Shown: piece by piece, positions 33,321-35,471 of the stretch
Layout: every line of letters starts with the position of its first letter
How positions within the stretch are numbered: position 1 is the first letter of the stretch
Origin: Octopus bimaculoides
Lineage: Eukaryota
Direction of reading: 5' to 3'
Assembly: GCF_001194135.2 (NCBI RefSeq)
Contig: NC_068997.1
Coordinates: 3,347,465 to 3,382,935, forward strand
Length of the DNA stretch: 35,471 nucleotides
Notes under the pieces: generated by a model
Database searches by the model: none
What the model was told of the DNA's origin: nothing
Seen by the model: the letters and a program-made list of their open reading frames with translations, nothing else
Made by a program: the position numbers and the translations under genes

Positions 33321-34308
33321 TCTTCTGCTCACATAGGCTAATCCTTTCATCTGATGATAAACACGCATATATACATACATACATCCATACATACATATAT
33401 ATATATATCGGTTTCGTTCTTTTTTCTTCTTTATGCCTATGTAAGTTACACGTATTACTGTTTGTGGAGATATATTGTAGTAGAAGAATTAGTAGTTTTA
33501 CTGCTATTTCTAAATTTCGGTGTTTGGTGAAGCAACTTTTGTTGGTCCCTTAATTATGTTTACATATTTATATATACATACATACATACATACACACATT
33601 ATAAGCATATTTTCTGTATGCCTATAGTTATATATATATGTATGTATTAACGTGTATATATACACACACACACTTAAATGATAACGACATATTTTCGCTT
33701 TCCACCGATTGAAAAAGAATAGGAAATTTCTCATTCCAGAGGGAAGAGAAAAGTTAAGCAACACGAACAGATATTCTTTAATGAGAAAATCGTCTGCAAA
33801 ACGAGGAATGTGACTACGAAATGAGAATCTCAACTTGGTATAGATACATTATAGTCGATTTCAAGTATTAACTATTAATCCGTCTACTTAATCTTCTCAA
33901 CTAAAATTATTGTTACAGTATTTTTGTACAAAGCTTATATTCGGTTAACACCCTGTTGCTTACAAGTACAGTAGAAAATTTGAATTATGCATGTTATGTG
34001 AATTTATATATAACTGGTTATGTAAACATGCGTGTGCGTATGCGTGAGTGTACATGTGTGTGTGTGTGTATGTGCGTGCGTGTGTATGTTTGTATGTGTG
34101 TGAATATGTTTGTATGTGTGCGTGTAGTAAGAGTGAGCGTGTTGAGTTGATACGCACCTCTATGATATATATGTGCATTATGTATAAAATTGTTTAAGAG
34201 TTATAACCACGAATAATATTTTATGTTTATAATAAAGAATGGAATTTATTGAACATTAAAAAATGTACATATATATATATAAATAAATAAATTAATAAAT
34301 ATATATAT

Positions 34309-34371
<63 letters not shown>

Positions 34372-34699
34372 NNNNNNNNNNNNNNNNNNNNNNNNNNNNN
34401 NNNNNNNNNNNNNNNNNNNNNNNNNNNNNNNNNNNNNNNNNNNNNNNNNNNNNNNNNNNNNNNNNNNNNNNNNNNNNNNNNNNNNNNNNNNNNNNNNNNN
34501 NNNNNNNNNNNNNNNNATAATAACAGAAACAACCACAATAAGCCAAACCTATGCACATTTCAATAGGGTATCCCGGAAAAATAAACCACATCATCAGATG
34601 TCTCGTAAAATATTGTAAGAGACATGTATACATATATATATACAAAAACTCAACTGTGAGTTTTTGGCTAAGACTGTTAACAGATACTATATATTTTGT

Positions 34700-34724
34700 A
34701 AAATTTGTTTTATAAAAGTATATA

Positions 34725-34762
<38 letters not shown>

Positions 34763-35130
34763 TTGAATCTCTATATATGTATTTCTGTATGTGTGTGCAT
34801 ACAGACACATATTTATATTTATACATATATATTTATTAATACACATACGTAATAATACACATACATATATATGTATATATGTATATATGTATATACATAC
34901 ATGCATACATAACATACATACATACAGAGAGACATGGGGAGACCATGTGCGGATGTACGTGTGTGTGTACATATATGCCTGTAGTTGCGTGTGTGCGTGT
35001 TTGTGTATGTGTGTGCATGTGTGCGTGTGTGGTTAGATTGTTCATGTAGAGTTAGTGTATTGTGTATGTGCGCGATATGTGTAAAATTGTATAGATTTAA
35101 CCCAAAATGATATTTTATGTTCATGTAAGA

Positions 35131-35214
<84 letters not shown>

Positions 35215-35215
35215 T
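34700..35215. repeat. Complex TA/CA/TG microsatellite region
   Basis: Directly visible. Confidence 0.9.
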
Positions 35216-35216
35216 A

Positions 35217-35469
35217 TTTTGGGGTTGGTGCGTAATTATTGCGGTTATTTTCAACAAATTTTATTCAACAAAAACAATAACAACATGTAACAAAAACATC
35301 TTTAAATGTTTATTCCGGAGCATATTCACCATCCCCTTCAATTACTGCCTCCCATTTGCTTGACAGACGGTCAGACCGTCATTTAAAGATGTTTTTGTTA
35401 AATATGGTCATTGTTTTTGCTGAATAAAATTTGTTGAATTAATGCCGCAACAACTATGCACCATCCCAA
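35217..35469 (-). mobile_element. Mariner-derived MITE with ~90-bp inverted ends
   Basis: Ends TTGGGGTTGGTGCGTAATTATTGCGG and (revcomp) TTGGGATGGTGCATAGTTGTTGCGG, Hsmar1-like TIR pattern, TA outside. The interior encodes DRLSSKWEAVIEGDGEYAPE* on the minus strand. Confidence 0.85.
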
Positions 35470-35471
35470 TA

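Noticed and set aside
34555-34600. CTGATGA...GAAA on the minus strand
   Set aside because: No convincing stems I, II or III.
8457-34972. Long ORFs containing X runs (e.g. 13407-14483, 8457-9266, 25400-25990)
   Set aside because: They are open only because they cross N gaps; only the RTE part of 8457-9266 is real.

Overview
AT-rich, microsatellite-saturated eukaryotic DNA with no convincing host coding gene, no rRNA, tRNA or CRISPR, and 8 assembly gaps (2304-2313, 3675-3708, 8504-9050, 13734-14346, 17975-17984, 22601-23020, 25658-25940, 34372-34516), nearly all abutting simple repeats. The SINE families and repeat landscape look like a coleoid cephalopod, most likely Octopus (inferred from recalled repeat families, not database-checked); the window is probably intronic or intergenic. 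It holds decayed mobile elements: Tc1/mariner remnants and MITEs (mariner, DD37D/maT, Tigger-like), non-LTR fragments (R4/Dong, RTE, CR1/L2-group, probable HERO/NeSL-like), at least three tRNA-derived SINE families, and several Penelope-like element (PLE) remnants. The most notable unannotated structure is RNA-level. There are up to six minimal type I hammerhead-ribozyme motifs, mostly tied to PLE remnants, two long foldback palindromes (5157-5406 and 31166-31713), and a candidate hammerhead with its three strands in non-canonical order (6793-6844) in a retroelement 3' UTR. Almost all long ORFs in the supplied track are microsatellite or N-gap artefacts.
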